From Candidatus Levyibacteriota bacterium (GTDB lineage: Bacteria; Patescibacteriota; Microgenomatia; Levybacterales; GWA1-39-11), in assembly GCA_036788695.1 (NCBI GenBank), contig DAIQMY010000002.1, positions 130,394-194,393 of the forward strand: DNA of 64,000 nucleotides, read 5' to 3'. Both the position numbers and the translations under genes were made by a program. The notes beneath the pieces are model-generated. The model was not told where the DNA came from. It worked only from the letters and a program-made list of their open reading frames with translations, and ran no database searches. How positions within the stretch are numbered: the first letter of the stretch is position 1; every line of letters begins with the position of its first letter. Of the stretch, positions 20,158 to 29,511 are shown piece after piece.

Positions 20158-20878
20158 TACATATTCGCATAGGGTATTTTGAGTAACTTATAAAAGTTGC
20201 AAGTGAGTACTTAAATTTTGATTTGCCACTTTTCCTTACGGTAAGAGTTATTGGAATCTCTGCAAAATTTCCGCCATTTTTTTTAAGATAATATACCTCC
20301 TCAAGAATATGTGCAAAACCTGGCTCTTTGTATCTTACGTTTTTTAATTTTGCGAGTTTAACAATTCTAAATCCATTTGTATAGTCATGTATTCCTAAAC
20401 GAAAAAATATGCGTGCAAAAATGTTTCCCGCAAGTGAAGGTAAACGCCTTTTTATTGGAACTGTTTTAGCACTTCCTCCACGAATATATCTTGATCCTTT
20501 GACGCAGTCATACCCATTTTGTATTTTTTTTAAAAACAAAGGAATATATTTTGGATTATTAGTCAAATCTGAATCCATGATTAACGCATATGTGTAGTTA
20601 TCTTTTATAGCTGCCCGAATGCCAGCTGCTATAGCAAGCCCATATCCCTTATTGCGCGTATAGGAAACTACGTGAAGCGTCTGTCTGTACATCTTTTTTG
20701 CTTTAGTTAAAACATCAAGGGTAGTATCTGTGCTACCATCATTTACTATAATAAGGGTAGATTTAATACGTATTGTCCTCAACTCTGCCATGACTGCACG
20801 AATACACTTAAGTATTCCTTTATTTTCATTATAGGCAGGGATAATAACCGCAAGAGATGCGTTTTTTTCTCTTATCAT
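20129..20878 (-). CDS. GT2 glycosyltransferase, polyprenol-phosphate sugar transferase (Dpm1-like)
   Basis: LAVIIPAYNE...IIVNDGSTDTT...MDSDLTNNP...VKGSRY matches the Dpm1/GtrB pattern. Confidence 0.85.
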   Translation of the reverse strand: MIREKNASLAVIIPAYNENKGILKCIRAVMAELRTIRIKSTLIIVNDGSTDTTLDVLTKAKKMYRQTLHVVSYTRNKGYGLAIAAGIRAAIKDNYTYALIMDSDLTNNPKYIPLFLKKIQNGYDCVKGSRYIRGGSAKTVPIKRRLPSLAGNIFARIFFRLGIHDYTNGFRIVKLAKLKNVRYKEPGFAHILEEVYYLKKNGGNFAEIPITLTVRKSGKSKFKYSLATFISYSKYPMRICIDNIYGKHN

Positions 20879-21222
20879 TCTCGGGTGGGTACTTTTGAGA
20901 TATCTCCTTTGTTTGAGTATTTAATTATTCTTCTGACTTCTCCCATAACCTTTGGATAAACATTATAAGGATCATGCTCAAGTTGTGGAGCCGGCAATAC
21001 GTCAAATGAAATATTGTTTCGTAAATTTTTTACAGCAGTTCGCTTTACTCTTGGTACATGGTAGTCACTTGTTATTATTGTAATATGGGATGCATCTTTA
21101 AGACTTGGGTCAGAATTTATAGAATTAAACTGTGTTTTAGTATTTGCCACTCCTGATGCCTCGGCATTATATATTTGCCTAAATTCTTCAACGAGCGGAG
21201 ATAATTCTTTATTATTATTCAT
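20875..21222 (-). CDS. DUF218 (SanA/YdcF-like) C-terminal fragment
   Basis: ITIITSDYHVPRVKRT matches the DUF218 TSxYHxxR motif. The ORF is only 115 aa and abuts wecB with no room for the N-terminal half. It is likely truncated. Confidence 0.4.
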   Translation of the reverse strand: MNNNKELSPLVEEFRQIYNAEASGVANTKTQFNSINSDPSLKDASHITIITSDYHVPRVKRTAVKNLRNNISFDVLPAPQLEHDPYNVYPKVMGEVRRIIKYSNKGDISKVPTRE

Positions 21223-21224
21223 AT

Positions 21225-22415
21225 TTATACTTTAATTTTATCATCCATAAATGAACGTTTTATAGGTAGATGATTATCTTTTGGTAAGTGTCCTCTGAGT
21301 TTTCCTTGAAGAACTCTTTTTACAATATCATTTGCAATAAGCTTTGATGACTTGCCATTACCAAATGGTTGTTTCCAGGTGGTTCCAATTATTTTGTCCA
21401 GTTTTTTTAAGACAAGTTTAGTCGGGTACATTCTAGGAAGGGAAGGGTCAAACTTTACAGTACCCTTTACATCATAAATCTCTGGTCTTTCTGTTGCTTT
21501 CCTAATATTTATACTGGGAATATTGAGAACACAAGTTTCTTCGCTTAGCATTCCAGAATCAGTTATAACTGCCTTGGCATGAGTTGCTAGTATTAATATT
21601 TCTTCGTAGCCAATAGGGTCTACCATTAAGAGATTTTTTGGTAATTTTATATTCCGTTCTTTTATTACTTTTTGAGTCCTATAGCTTGCTGGAAAATATA
21701 CAGGTAATTTGGCTTCTCTTACTAACTTTAATATGTTATCAAATGAGGTGTCTATGTGTACATTTTCCCGTCTGTGACATGTCATAAGGTAGTAATTTCC
21801 GCTTTCGATCATTCTTTTTTTAAAAAAGAGTGGCGTAGCTTTTTTTTCAATACTATTTTTTCTTTTGTAATAAAATTCATTTAATATGTCTACAATGGGG
21901 TTACCGGTGACAATTATATTTTTAGGATTGAGGCCTTCAGCAATTCCCCTGTTCTTATACTCATGGGCGTAGGTATAAATAATATCAGATAGGTGATCGA
22001 TCATAGTTCTATATTTTTCTTCCGGCATTCTCCAATCATAAGAATGCCAACACCCCTCAATGTGGATAATCGGTATGTTTAATTGAGCAGCCGCAATGCA
22101 TCCTGCGGTTGTATTTGTGTCTCCAAAAAAAGCAATAGCATCAGGCTTAATTTTTACCAGTGTTTTTGAAAGTTTAGCAATGAGTTGGGAGGCAATTTCA
22201 GCATCTGTATCACCTTTACAGAAAAGATCTATATCCGGTTTTCCTACCTTCAGTTCTCTAAAAAAGACATCTTTTAAATTATCTTGGTAGTGCTGTCCTG
22301 ACCATACAAATATAAAGTTTATTTTTTGCTGCTTTCTCAAGTACCTTAGAATAAGCGCAGGTTTTATAATATCCGGTCTAATGCCCGCAACAAAAACAAG
22401 TGTTTTTTTCTTCAT
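21225..22415 (-). CDS. wecB: UDP-N-acetylglucosamine 2-epimerase (non-hydrolysing)
   Basis: VFVAGIRPDIIK, SGQHY and FGDTNTTAGCIAAAQLNIPIIHIEGC are present; the fold is conserved. Confidence 0.85.
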   Translation of the reverse strand: MKKKTLVFVAGIRPDIIKPALILRYLRKQQKINFIFVWSGQHYQDNLKDVFFRELKVGKPDIDLFCKGDTDAEIASQLIAKLSKTLVKIKPDAIAFFGDTNTTAGCIAAAQLNIPIIHIEGCWHSYDWRMPEEKYRTMIDHLSDIIYTYAHEYKNRGIAEGLNPKNIIVTGNPIVDILNEFYYKRKNSIEKKATPLFFKKRMIESGNYYLMTCHRRENVHIDTSFDNILKLVREAKLPVYFPASYRTQKVIKERNIKLPKNLLMVDPIGYEEILILATHAKAVITDSGMLSEETCVLNIPSINIRKATERPEIYDVKGTVKFDPSLPRMYPTKLVLKKLDKIIGTTWKQPFGNGKSSKLIANDIVKRVLQGKLRGHLPKDNHLPIKRSFMDDKIKV

Positions 22416-23689
22416 TTTGGTAGAATCTTAACAGAAGGCAGAGGAACTATAAATTGTCCACCTCTTTTTATATATTCGCTGTTTCGCAGCAGCACTTCAT
22501 TTACAAATGGCCAAGCAAAAAGCACAGCATAGGTAGACTTAGGGTTTTCTAAAAGTTTTTTAGATGAATATATTTTTTGATGTGTTCCTGGCATATAGGA
22601 ATTTTGTTTCATAGGTGAGTCGTCAACTACTAATTTAACACTGTCTGCCGTTAGATTGCAGTAGTTCATAATTACAGTTCCTCTTCCCGATGCTCCATAT
22701 CCAATAATGTTTTTATTATCTTTTCTTAATGTGTCAATTGTTTTTAAAAGTGATTTTTTTGTTTTCTCAATACGTTTAGCAAATGAAGTATATGTTTTCA
22801 TTTTAGTAAGCCCCTGTTTTTTCTCAGCTGTCTCAAGTAGTTTTACAGATTTATTTATTTTACGCTTACCTGATTTTTTATTTTGGACGTAGTACATAAT
22901 TGATCCTCCGCGAAGAGGTGTCTGGGAAACATCAAATATTTCCATGTCATAAATTCCAAAAAATTTTTTTAATGAAAGTAAGGAATAATAAAATTGATGC
23001 TCATGGTATATCATGTCATACTGCATTTCTTGTATTAATTTTCCTAAATAGTGTACTTCAAACGCAAGATATCCATTTTTTTTCAGAACTTTTTTAATAC
23101 CCCTCATCACACTGTGCATGTCCTCAATGTGTGCCATAGAGTGAAATGAATATATGGCGTCAGCCCTTCCATAGTCTTTTGCAATTTTGCTGCCTACGTT
23201 TTCTGTAAAAAATGTGTTTAAAATTGGCTTACCTTTTTTTATGAGAGGAATAGTTATGTTTTCAGCCGGGTCAACTCCTAAAACTGTATATCCTTCATTT
23301 GCCAGAGCATCTAGAAATGTCCCGTCATTACATCCGATTTCTATAATAAATGCTTTTTTTTGATCAAGATATTTTTTTACTCCCTTTGCTGTTCTATTAA
23401 AGTGTTCAACAAGCGTTTTTATAGTAGATGAGTAGTAGAAATAATCTTTGAATAGCGTCTCAGGAGGAATAGAAACATTACATTGAAGTAAATAACAACT
23501 TTCGCAAAAGTTTAGCTGTAAGGGGTAAAGTTTTTCATTTTCTAACACTTTTTGTGGCGTATTTTCTTTAAAAAAGCCACCAGCTAGTGGTACGTAACCT
23601 AAATTTAAAACTTGCCTAACCTTATGACTGTTACAGAATCTACAAGTTAAAAAATATGTATGAATTCCTACGTTTATATATTTATGCAT
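22412..23689 (-). CDS. SAM-dependent C-methyltransferase with N-terminal Zn-ribbon (NDP-hexose C-methyltransferase, TylCIII-like architecture)
   Basis: N-terminal C-x-x-C pair region (CRFCNSH...CESC) and a SAM motif IIEIGCNDGTFLDAL. The C-terminal domain matches the three-part architecture of sugar C-methyltransferases. Confidence 0.65.
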   Translation of the reverse strand: MHKYINVGIHTYFLTCRFCNSHKVRQVLNLGYVPLAGGFFKENTPQKVLENEKLYPLQLNFCESCYLLQCNVSIPPETLFKDYFYYSSTIKTLVEHFNRTAKGVKKYLDQKKAFIIEIGCNDGTFLDALANEGYTVLGVDPAENITIPLIKKGKPILNTFFTENVGSKIAKDYGRADAIYSFHSMAHIEDMHSVMRGIKKVLKKNGYLAFEVHYLGKLIQEMQYDMIYHEHQFYYSLLSLKKFFGIYDMEIFDVSQTPLRGGSIMYYVQNKKSGKRKINKSVKLLETAEKKQGLTKMKTYTSFAKRIEKTKKSLLKTIDTLRKDNKNIIGYGASGRGTVIMNYCNLTADSVKLVVDDSPMKQNSYMPGTHQKIYSSKKLLENPKSTYAVLFAWPFVNEVLLRNSEYIKRGGQFIVPLPSVKILPK

Positions 23690-24134
23690 TTTTTAGCCAA
23701 ATTTCATTTCCCCAGTAATCTTCGGGGAATCTATAGTCATCTTCTTGGGACTGCGCAAGTGTTTTATCAGAGTAAAATATTAATTGCGTATTTTTAGTTA
23801 ATGCCTTAAAGCCGTTAGCGTATCCTGGTGGAATATACAGCACTTTTGGATCATCTTCTGTTAGCAACACTGATGTAATGCGTGCATTTTTTGAAGGCGT
23901 AGTACTATTATCAATTGGAATAATGCACACAAGAGCTTTTCCCTGGGCAAGATAGACATACTTTGCTTCTTTCATGTGACCGTGAAATGCTCGTATATCA
24001 CCTTTATTTTTCGGCATGACTACATAAAAACGTTTAACATGTTCAAAATTAAAGTCGTTTACAAATCTTAATGTTCCCGTACTGTCTATATGAGTTCCAC
24101 CTTGAAGAAGTTTTGGAGATTTTAGAGTAGTCAT
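23682..24134 (-). CDS. WxcM/FdtA-like sugar 3,4-ketoisomerase (cupin)
   Basis: A ~150-aa cupin with HVKRFYVV...RAFHGH (conserved His pair), as in FdtA/WxcM C-domains. Confidence 0.6.
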   Translation of the reverse strand: MTTLKSPKLLQGGTHIDSTGTLRFVNDFNFEHVKRFYVVMPKNKGDIRAFHGHMKEAKYVYLAQGKALVCIIPIDNSTTPSKNARITSVLLTEDDPKVLYIPPGYANGFKALTKNTQLIFYSDKTLAQSQEDDYRFPEDYWGNEIWLKNA

Positions 24135-24167
24135 ATATTTAAATTCTTGGTTATAATATAATCGATA

Positions 24168-24443
24168 ATGACCATTAAATCAAGAAGATTTGAATTTTCC
24201 CAAATGAAAAGAAAATATATTGTATTTTTGCTATCCACATATGTTTCCATCTCACTTGTTTTTTTTGCAGAGTTTAGAAAAATAAGGAATTTGTTTCCCC
24301 CAGCAGGAATAGGCACTGATAATATTGTAGGATTTGTTCAGTTTTATGGGTACCCGCCATTATTTGACTTAGTATTTTTCTGTTTTCTGCTTTCAGCTCC
24401 TATAGGTATTTTGTTTGCAATCATTCTTATTTTAAAAAAATGA
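24168..24443 (+). CDS. small membrane protein
   Basis: Two TM helices. ATGA overlap with the downstream gene start (translational coupling). Confidence 0.4.
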   Translation: MTIKSRRFEFSQMKRKYIVFLLSTYVSISLVFFAEFRKIRNLFPPAGIGTDNIVGFVQFYGYPPLFDLVFFCFLLSAPIGILFAIILILKK

Positions 24444-26356
24444 AAAAAATAGCACAGATATTTTGGAAGTATAAGGACTACGTTTTGATTTCTATTTTCT
24501 TGTTTATCTATTATTTCCCTAAAATTATCTACACTTGTAATCAGTACAAGGAACTTATTTTTGACTCACAGAATTTTATTGTGTGGGATTACGCGAAAAG
24601 TATTGGGGTTATTCCGTTTAAAGATATATTTTTTCCTTACGGACTTTTCTACTACTACAAAGATCAAAACGTATTTCTTACGTTTCTATATTTCTTTTTG
24701 ATATTATTTCTTTTTGTTGTTATTTACAGAGCAATAAAATATTTTTGGAAAAATAGCTTTTTAAGTTTTTTATTATTTGTTTTACTATTTTTATTTATAG
24801 AGCATATAACGGGAATTGATACCTTTGCAAGGTATGCAATAGCAGTAGTCGGGGTGTTACTGTTTTCATTAAATGTAGTAAGGCAAAAGGTTATTTTAGG
24901 ACGCGAGCTGTTTTATAGCGGGGTTTGTGTTTCTCTGTGTCTTAGTTTTATCCCAGATCAAGGAGTGTATCTTTTATGTGTGATACCGCTTATTACAGCA
25001 GTACATACAATACTTATTAACCACAAGACAAAAAATAAATACGTACTCTTATCATATTTATCACTTTTTTATGGTCTAGGGCTTATTTTGGGGCTAATCC
25101 CAGGGATAGTATACCTAGTACACACAGATACGTTTGTGTCCCATATTAGTCATTTGAATTTGCTTTTCAATATTGCAGATTACGCAAAGGCACCCTACAT
25201 CTCTACCTTAAAATCAAAAGACGAAATACTCATTCTCAGTGCTCTCATATGCTCTTTCACGTATTCGATTTATTCTTTTATCTTTTCAAAAAAACCTGAA
25301 AGAGCGTTTGTTATTTTTGCAATTAGTCTCCTATTAATTATGGTTGAGCAAAAAAGTGTTATGCGCTCTATAAGCACATCTCTTACCTTCATCGCGTTTT
25401 TACAAGTTATATTTCTATCATCAGCTTTAGTGAATAAAAAAAAGCTTATGAGTATAGCAGAAGTTGGTAAAGTAACTGTTTTATTTGTACTGTTGTATGC
25501 CTTTGTGTTTTATGTAGGACTTACACCTGTCTATAGACTAAAAACAAATGAAGATAAATGTGTTCGTGTTCAGAATTTTTTGTCATTAAGGAATCAAAAA
25601 AAATATATGAGTGTTGTGTCTGAAATAAAAAAAGACACAAATAGTACTCCTAGAATTTATAGTTTTCCGAATGATCCAATATTTTATATGTTGTTTCACC
25701 AGAAACCTCCGTACTTTTTGAATATCTATGACGCTTCGTCTGAGTCTTCTCAAGAAAGACAAATAGAATATATAAAAAAGATGCGTGCAGATTATGTTAT
25801 TTACAACACATCCACATACGCAACGCAAGATGGGGTACCTGATATTATAAGAGGGAATTATCTAATAAACCATCTTCTTACCCATTTTACTTACTATAAA
25901 ACTGTAGAAAATTTTTTAATTTTTAAAAAAGCTAGATTAATCTCAGATTTTACACGAAACCAAGAAGTTTATAAGTATTTTTTCTCTATAGATTTGGGTC
26001 ATGTGCCATATGTTGAAGGAAAGTACAAAAAAGAAAGTTTTGGTATTTTAAACTTTTCGGCAATTGATAATTTTAATACCAAAATTCTAAAAGACCCGCT
26101 TGATACAAGAAACACGACTCTATTAATTTCTGCAAAAAATCATAATATAGCAGATACTAAATTGTCATTGTGGTCACACGATCAGGTTTCGCATATTACA
26201 TTTAAAGAATGTGTCTATCCGGATGTGTGCATAATTAATCTTAAACGAATACCCTTGTTCTTTCACGAAAAAAAGCTTACGCGTGTTACAATAGAAGGCG
26301 GTTATGATGTTCTTGTTTCCGCAAGAAAAATAAAAGACAAAAGTATATTTTGGTAA
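24440..26356 (+). CDS. large polytopic membrane protein with C-terminal soluble domain (GT-C-like?)
   Basis: At least 10 TM helices in the first ~400 aa, then a ~230-aa hydrophilic domain. Glycan-locus context. No motif identified. Confidence 0.55.
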   Translation: MKKIAQIFWKYKDYVLISIFLFIYYFPKIIYTCNQYKELIFDSQNFIVWDYAKSIGVIPFKDIFFPYGLFYYYKDQNVFLTFLYFFLILFLFVVIYRAIKYFWKNSFLSFLLFVLLFLFIEHITGIDTFARYAIAVVGVLLFSLNVVRQKVILGRELFYSGVCVSLCLSFIPDQGVYLLCVIPLITAVHTILINHKTKNKYVLLSYLSLFYGLGLILGLIPGIVYLVHTDTFVSHISHLNLLFNIADYAKAPYISTLKSKDEILILSALICSFTYSIYSFIFSKKPERAFVIFAISLLLIMVEQKSVMRSISTSLTFIAFLQVIFLSSALVNKKKLMSIAEVGKVTVLFVLLYAFVFYVGLTPVYRLKTNEDKCVRVQNFLSLRNQKKYMSVVSEIKKDTNSTPRIYSFPNDPIFYMLFHQKPPYFLNIYDASSESSQERQIEYIKKMRADYVIYNTSTYATQDGVPDIIRGNYLINHLLTHFTYYKTVENFLIFKKARLISDFTRNQEVYKYFFSIDLGHVPYVEGKYKKESFGILNFSAIDNFNTKILKDPLDTRNTTLLISAKNHNIADTKLSLWSHDQVSHITFKECVYPDVCIINLKRIPLFFHEKKLTRVTIEGGYDVLVSARKIKDKSIFW

Positions 26357-27591
26357 ACAATATGGGATATTTAAAGCATTCAATAAGAGGTGTAAGTTGG
26401 GTTGCCCTTCTGAGAGCGTTCACGAGAGCTTTGTCTTTTGGCAAGATCGTAATTATTGCACGGCTTTTGTCGCCTTTACAATTCGGCTTATTTGGTATTG
26501 CGTCAATTGTACTTGCGTTTATTGAAATAGTAACTGAAACAGGAATAAATATTTTCTTAATTCAAGAAAATGAGAAAGAAGTAAAAAAATATATAAGCAC
26601 TGCCTGGATCATTTCTATTGTGAGAGGATTTATCGTTTTTTTGATAATCATTATTTTCTCACCTTTTATTGTATCCTTTTTTAAGGCTGAAGGGTCATTT
26701 AAGTTAATCTTGCTTATAAGCTTTGTACCACTGATAAGGGGATTTATTAATCCATCAATAGCTCTTCTTCAGAAAGAGTTACAATTTCAAAAAGAATTTT
26801 ATTTAAAATCATTTATTTTTACAGTGGATACGATAACTGCTGTTTTGTTAGTGTATATTTTAAAATCCCCTTCGGGAATTATTTACGGTTTATTAGTTGG
26901 TGGTGTAACGGAGGTTATCTTATCTTTTATTGTTGTGTCCCCAAAGCCCTCGTTTACGTTTAATACTCAATATATACAAAAAATTTTACATAGAGGAAAA
27001 TGGGTAACAATGTCAGGGGTATTTAACTATCTCTATCATAATATTGATGATGTTTTGGTAGGTAAAATAATAAATGTAGGTTCACTTGGACTTTACAGCA
27101 TGGTCTATAAAATATCCACATTGCCTATTTCTGAAGTGGCTGATGTAGTCTCGCGCGTATCTTTTCCCGTATATGTAAAAATAGCAGGTGATAGGGCAAG
27201 GCTAAAAAGTGCTTTCTTTAAAACTGGTGTACTGGTAAGTGTTTTGTCCGTTCCCTTGGGCGTTTTCTGCATATTATTTCCAAAAGAAATAATTCTTATA
27301 GTTTTAGGTGAAAAGTGGGTAAGTGCTTCCCAAACCTTACAAGTCTTAGGCTTTTTTGGAATTATCCGCTCAATTTCAGGTACAACGTCTGCTTTGTTTT
27401 TATCAGTGCACAAGCAGGAATATGTCGCTCTTGTAACATTTGTCAGCTTCGTTGGCTTGATAATTACTATAATTCCCCTCATAAATATGTACGGCATAAT
27501 GGGAGCTGCAATAGCGTCTGTGATAGGATCTATTGTAGCATTGCCTGTAATGGCATATTTTACAGTTAAAATACTTTATGAGAAGAGTTGA
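26350..27591 (+). CDS. polysaccharide flippase (Wzx/MOP superfamily)
   Basis: A 12-TM protein with a polysaccharide biosynthesis protein family pattern (GLFGIASIVLAF...). Context supports the call. Confidence 0.7.
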   Translation: MVNNMGYLKHSIRGVSWVALLRAFTRALSFGKIVIIARLLSPLQFGLFGIASIVLAFIEIVTETGINIFLIQENEKEVKKYISTAWIISIVRGFIVFLIIIIFSPFIVSFFKAEGSFKLILLISFVPLIRGFINPSIALLQKELQFQKEFYLKSFIFTVDTITAVLLVYILKSPSGIIYGLLVGGVTEVILSFIVVSPKPSFTFNTQYIQKILHRGKWVTMSGVFNYLYHNIDDVLVGKIINVGSLGLYSMVYKISTLPISEVADVVSRVSFPVYVKIAGDRARLKSAFFKTGVLVSVLSVPLGVFCILFPKEIILIVLGEKWVSASQTLQVLGFFGIIRSISGTTSALFLSVHKQEYVALVTFVSFVGLIITIIPLINMYGIMGAAIASVIGSIVALPVMAYFTVKILYEKS

Positions 27592-28417
27592 TCCAAAGGT
27601 ATACACAGAGGAATATTATCTAACGGATTGTACTGGGTATAACGAGTACAAAAAGACATTTGGAGAAGAGTTAGAGATAAGATTTCTTGAAATAAAGGAT
27701 TACCTGAAGGTTACAAGACAAGACAAAGTTCTTGATATAGGGTGTGGTAGGGGAGAGTTAGTATATTACACAGCACGCCAAGGAGCTGATTCTTACGGTA
27801 TTGATTATTCCGATAGCGCAATAAAACTTGCCCTGAAGCTGCGAAACAAAAAACCTCAAAATGTACGCTTAAGGATGAATTTTAAGAAAATGGATGCTAA
27901 AAACTTGGCATTTCCCACTTCATTTTTTTCTTTAGTTGTACTAACTGATGTTGTAGAGCATTTATATGATGAAGAACTAGATCAAGTCTTCTCTGAGATA
28001 AAACGGGTACTCGCGCCGAATGGCAAATTAATAATCCATACAGCGCCTAATAGATGGTTTAATGATTATGGCTATAAGTATTACTCTTATCCGTTAAGTA
28101 CAATAGTTGTTCTTGCCTGGAATATTTTTAGGCGCTCCAAATATCCTAACATTTTGCACCCAAGTAAGCTTCGGACAGACTCACATTCAATAATGCACAT
28201 AAATGAGCCAACATATTTTTCACTAAAAAAATTATATAGAAAATACAAATTTAAAGGTAAATTGTATAGTACAAACATAACTGTTAAAAAACCGGTTATT
28301 AGTAAAAAGGATACTCTGATGAACATTTTTATATTCCTTCATCCTGCCTCAAAGTATTTCCCCCTGAATGTGTTATTTGGAAGCGATTTTGTAAGTGTTC
28401 TTAAAAATATTAAATGA
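27578..28417 (+). CDS. class I SAM-dependent methyltransferase
   Basis: Motif I VLDIGCGRGEL; motif post-I/II DVVEHLYDEELDQVFSEIKRVLAPNGKLII. Confidence 0.8.
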   Translation: MRRVDPKVYTEEYYLTDCTGYNEYKKTFGEELEIRFLEIKDYLKVTRQDKVLDIGCGRGELVYYTARQGADSYGIDYSDSAIKLALKLRNKKPQNVRLRMNFKKMDAKNLAFPTSFFSLVVLTDVVEHLYDEELDQVFSEIKRVLAPNGKLIIHTAPNRWFNDYGYKYYSYPLSTIVVLAWNIFRRSKYPNILHPSKLRTDSHSIMHINEPTYFSLKKLYRKYKFKGKLYSTNITVKKPVISKKDTLMNIFIFLHPASKYFPLNVLFGSDFVSVLKNIK

Positions 28418-29511
28418 AAATTGCAGTTTATCACAATCTTCCTCCTGGCGGAGCAAAGCGGGTTCTTTTTGAGGAAATAAAATATTTAAGCAAGCACCAT
28501 CAAATTTTTCTTTTTGAGTTAGCGTCAACAGATGAGGAATTTTTAGATATCAGAGGGTTTTGCAAAGAAGTTAGAAGATATAAAATTGAAAGACGCAGGA
28601 CACAAAAACTTAAGAAGATCTATCGTGATTTTTGGATCATAACTACATTACGGGAAGTTCATAAAAAAATAGCAAAAGACATTGATAGTTCTTCATTTGA
28701 TGTGGTATTAGTACATCCCGACCTATACACGCAGGCACCATTTGTTTTGAAGTATGTGAAGACACCAAGTGTGTATTATTGTCATGAATGGTTACGTATT
28801 GCCTACGAAAAAGAATTTAGATTTGTTGAAAAGGTATCAGTCGTGAAAAAGGTGTATGAGTCATTTTCTAGATTTATGAAAAAGAGAATTGATTCTGAAA
28901 ATACGAGAAAGGCTAGAATGGTTATTGTAAATTCTGAATTTACTAAAAGAAACGTCAAGATGGCATATCACATAAATGCTGAAATAGCGTACCCGGGAGT
29001 TGATACAGAGGTATTTAAAAAGGAAGCGGATAAAAAAAAGAAACAAATATTATTTATGGGAGCAAAAGATGAAGTTAACGGTTATTCATTTATAGAAAAA
29101 GCTATGCAGTATCTGCCCAAATATTATTTTCTCAAAGTGGCAGACATATCTGAAATAAAATCCGTTAGCGATATGCAACTTGCATCTTTGTATCGGGAAA
29201 GTTTTGTTTTTGTGTCAATGTCTCTGAATGAACCTTTTGGGTTGGCTGCTCTTGAATCAATGGCATGTGGCACACCAGTCATAGCAATTAACCAGGGGGG
29301 GTATAAGGAGACAGTAGAGGATGGGATTACAGGGTATTTGGTAAATAAAAATCCAGAGAAAATAGCAGAAAAGGTTATAGAGCTTGAAAACAAAGATACC
29401 TACAGAGGAATTTCTGAAAATGGGGTTATACGAACAAGGGAAAAATGGACTTGGAAAAAACACTCAAACACACTTGAGGAGCTATTTACAAAACTCATAA
29501 AAAAACAATGA
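28414..29511 (+). CDS. glycosyltransferase family 4
   Basis: EPFGLAALESMACGTPVIAINQGGYKETVEDGITGYLV is the GT4 EX7E-region signature. Confidence 0.85.
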   Translation: MKIAVYHNLPPGGAKRVLFEEIKYLSKHHQIFLFELASTDEEFLDIRGFCKEVRRYKIERRRTQKLKKIYRDFWIITTLREVHKKIAKDIDSSSFDVVLVHPDLYTQAPFVLKYVKTPSVYYCHEWLRIAYEKEFRFVEKVSVVKKVYESFSRFMKKRIDSENTRKARMVIVNSEFTKRNVKMAYHINAEIAYPGVDTEVFKKEADKKKKQILFMGAKDEVNGYSFIEKAMQYLPKYYFLKVADISEIKSVSDMQLASLYRESFVFVSMSLNEPFGLAALESMACGTPVIAINQGGYKETVEDGITGYLVNKNPEKIAEKVIELENKDTYRGISENGVIRTREKWTWKKHSNTLEELFTKLIKKQ

